Below are positions 61,260 to 64,000 of a stretch of DNA of 64,000 bases, in pieces. The notes under the pieces are model-generated. The model had not been told where the DNA came from, searched no databases, and saw only the letters and a program-made list of their open reading frames with translations. Position 1 is the stretch's first letter. Every line of letters starts with the position of its first letter. Position numbers and translations under genes: made by a program. The stretch is from positions 12,259,832-12,323,831 of the forward strand of contig CAJINV010000001.1 in NCBI GenBank assembly GCA_905178155.1, read 5' to 3'. The stretch comes from Amoebophrya sp. A120. Lineage: Eukaryota; Protista; Dinoflagellata.

Positions 61260-62775
61260 AGTTGTCCTTGATGTCCTTCGAAACAGGCCGATTCTGCATC
61301 GTCGTGATCGCTTGGAAACAGCACCACGAATTGTAAGTACTGAAGTAGTACATAGCTGCGCATACTCGTGCTTTTTGTTGTACGCATTTCCATTTTCATA
61401 ATTTTGATTTTGCTGGCCTAGCGGCACAGGAAATAACTAGCTTCCTGCAACTTACTATACGGACATTTGTTCAAACTTCATGTCTCCGAAATAAACTTTA
61501 TGTAAATCAATGGATTGTTTGAATCATGTCCATCGCGACGTGTTGGTGTTTGCTTATGCTTGATTAAAGATTTCCTCCGCGTACGCAAACGCACTGTCAC
61601 CCTGAAGGACGCCGACGCGTGGCATTTTTGTCCGCTACAAATTTTCTGCTGCCACAAGGGCTTGTGTTCGACCATGGACATCAAAATGTCGACTTTCTGG
61701 GTGAGTAGTTGCACCAACCAACATGCAAGAACCAGCAGTCGACGACCTCGTCGAATGAACTGCAGTTTTTTTACTCATCTTCGGAGCAGCGCCACATGAA
61801 TCGGCGTTTTAGTTTCTTGAGATCAGTCACCACGAGTAGAACACACTCCTTGTTCAAAGGCAAGCTTGTTCCTCCGATTCTTGGCGTCATTCGATTTAGT
61901 TTTTAGTATGGGTGCATCATGCACATTTTCATTGCGAATTCGCGAACAGAATGTGTTCCAGTTGGTGCTTCCCTTTTGATTTCCGGTAAGTACCGGTGTG
62001 CACCATTGCACCTTAATTTAGAACAGGTTGTGCCTACTTTTACGGCACCTACTACTATCACTCGAGCATTTTCGATTTCCTCGCTTGTAGCTGCCGTAAT
62101 AGATTGCCGTGAATTTAAGAAAAAAGCTAAAGTTGGAGGCCAGCGATGCCAACATCAAAACTAATTTTGTTTGGACAGGTTTACTATGTATGTTTTTGTT
62201 CATCTTCACGGACATGGAAAATGAAAAGAATGAAGATTCATGATGTTGAAACGGACAATACATTCGCACAACTCAATCGTAGAATAGTAGTGAAGGTGGA
62301 TAGAAGTACGTATTGAATTCGATGTCTACTTAACTGAGCAAATGTGTTGCAACATAAAACCTCGCACTGTAAGTAGGGATATTATGGTTGAATAAAAGAA
62401 TACTGAAGACCGTGTGAAGAAGAAGAGGAACAAGAGTAAATTTTCTTCCGATTCGGATTCCGGCTTCAAGGCCTTCCGAGTTTTCCTACTCAATGCGTCC
62501 ACCGCTAGCAACCTCCGACCACTCAAGGATGATGCAGCAGCATGTGCGGTGTGCTGACAAAAAAATCTGACTGATTTTTTTCCTCTCTTACATCATGTGT
62601 GCCGTGCCCGCGCTACGACCTAAATGCTATTTGCGAAAATACCTCGTCTTTTGGTTTTGGGGTCTGTTGCAAAAAACATATTTTTCTTTTTTTCACCAGT
62701 GTATCTACTAACCATGATATATCTCTAAAATTTTTACTTGGAGTTGTTTTCCGATCTAAATCTTCTGTCCCGCAG

Positions 62776-63769
62776 ATGACCGATACTATGCAGCAAGCAA
62801 TCAAAGAAGAAGAAAAAGCATCTGTTGGGTCGGGTGGTCCCCAATGCCCGTCTGAAGGGAAAGCTTGCGAATTGCCGGAGGAGCCCGGGTTGTTCGTGGC
62901 CATTGCGAATAACGGTGAGGAGCAAACGGAGCAAAATGCGCAATGTAGAGCGCAGCTACAGGAACACCACGGAGCAGAGCAGTTTCTCTTTCCTAGCCCG
63001 GACGAGAAGAACACTCCGACAAACTTGACTTTATCTAACAGCGGCGATGAGCAGGACCTACGTTGCAGCCAACATGTTGCTCACCGTTCCTCGTGTAAAT
63101 CGCATAATTCCTCCATGCATAAAGATGGTAGGGACTCTGTCCTCGTCTACAACCGCCGGGCAACACGGGTAAGCTCGATTGAGTCGGCTTCACCCTTGGC
63201 GAAATCCAGAGCAATAAGCCCAAGGAATTCCGTCCTGCAACCACGCCGGAAAAATAGGTCCACCATCACGTATTCTTCGAACGTGCTGCTCTACGGTCGT
63301 AATGGGCTATCGCACAGAATGAAAAGCACACCCAAACTGAAGTCTCTGAATATTGTTTTGCATCCATATATTCTTAGTTATAGTTTTAGTTACATGCGTT
63401 CTCGTTTCCTTTCCGCTGGCGCCGGCCTAGTGCCAGTAGTAGGATGAAAAACGCAGGGAGCTACATGTGCCGGAAAGTGACGCCATGATGGGTATGCTTT
63501 TCTAATTTGAAATTCGAGCTGCGACACAGAGTCACCGCTCTTCGTGCAGCGTGCGACAAAAACGATGTACGCCGCTTTACCGCATTATGAAGATGAACAA
63601 GAGAGCGATGATAGCCCTGGTTGGTTTCCACCTCCCGCTCTGACAGATGAACATCATCATGCAGTAGCAGTAGAAGAAGACGCGCAGCGAGGCATCACGG
63701 ACCGCGACGACCATGTGCAGGACGAGCCAGTACAATCTGGCGCCGTGGTCATTGTCCGAGAAAGGATGA
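62776..63769 (+). CDS. Hypothetical protein, 3'-truncated by the window
   Basis: Low-complexity ORF segments 62776-63168 and 63550-63769, joinable by a phase-0 GT-AG intron (63169-63549), followed by an introner. No recognisable domain. Confidence 0.4.
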
Positions 63770-64000
63770 TATCAAATGCAAAAATGTCTGGGTCTGGAAG
63801 GATCCGAACTTGTGATGCGAATTCCACTACACGCGCAAATCTCTCATGCAAAGGCAGCAAAAGGTGCCTATTTCCTGTCACCAAAAACAGGGACTTGTCA
63901 TGCCGATTAAGCATTGCGGAACGTTCTCGAAATCTGTGATGCTAGGGTTTCCATAGCAGACCTTCTGTGTCATGCAAAAACAGCATGACAAAAATCTGCA
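63770..64000. mobile_element. Introner, family C, truncated by window end
   Basis: Starts tatcaaatgcaaaaatgtctgggtctggaag after gatga. Its tail matches the interior of 19357-19608. Prediction: ...ATA followed by gatga just beyond 64000. Confidence 0.88.

Overview
Eukaryotic, intron-rich genomic DNA. The architecture (co-oriented + strand genes, inverted-repeat non-canonical introns) suggests a syndinian dinoflagellate such as Amoebophrya; this is inference, not a database match. Seven + strand host genes can be reconstructed: a 5'-truncated giant Cys/Met-rich surface protein, a TPR-like protein, an ERCC6L/PICH-like Snf2 ATPase, two paralogous VWA proteins, an HTTM-like membrane protein and a 3'-truncated unknown gene. 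Their exons are interrupted by 29 MITE-like 'introner' elements, mostly 150-400 nt, from several families. These share one grammar: TAT...ATA ends, terminal inverted repeats, a 5-bp target duplication and an internal TTGTNATGC motif. Removing the element plus one 5-bp copy restores the frame in 27 of 28 complete cases and restores conserved motif spacing, often with no GT-AG register possible and in either orientation. The main break in gene co-orientation is a 10.66-kb element (30277-40936) with imperfect TIRs and a 7/8 8-bp TSD. It encodes a divergent hAT-like DDE transposase and a second large unknown gene. Two introns are inflated by kb-scale repeat arrays. No rRNA, tRNA or CRISPR array was recognised.
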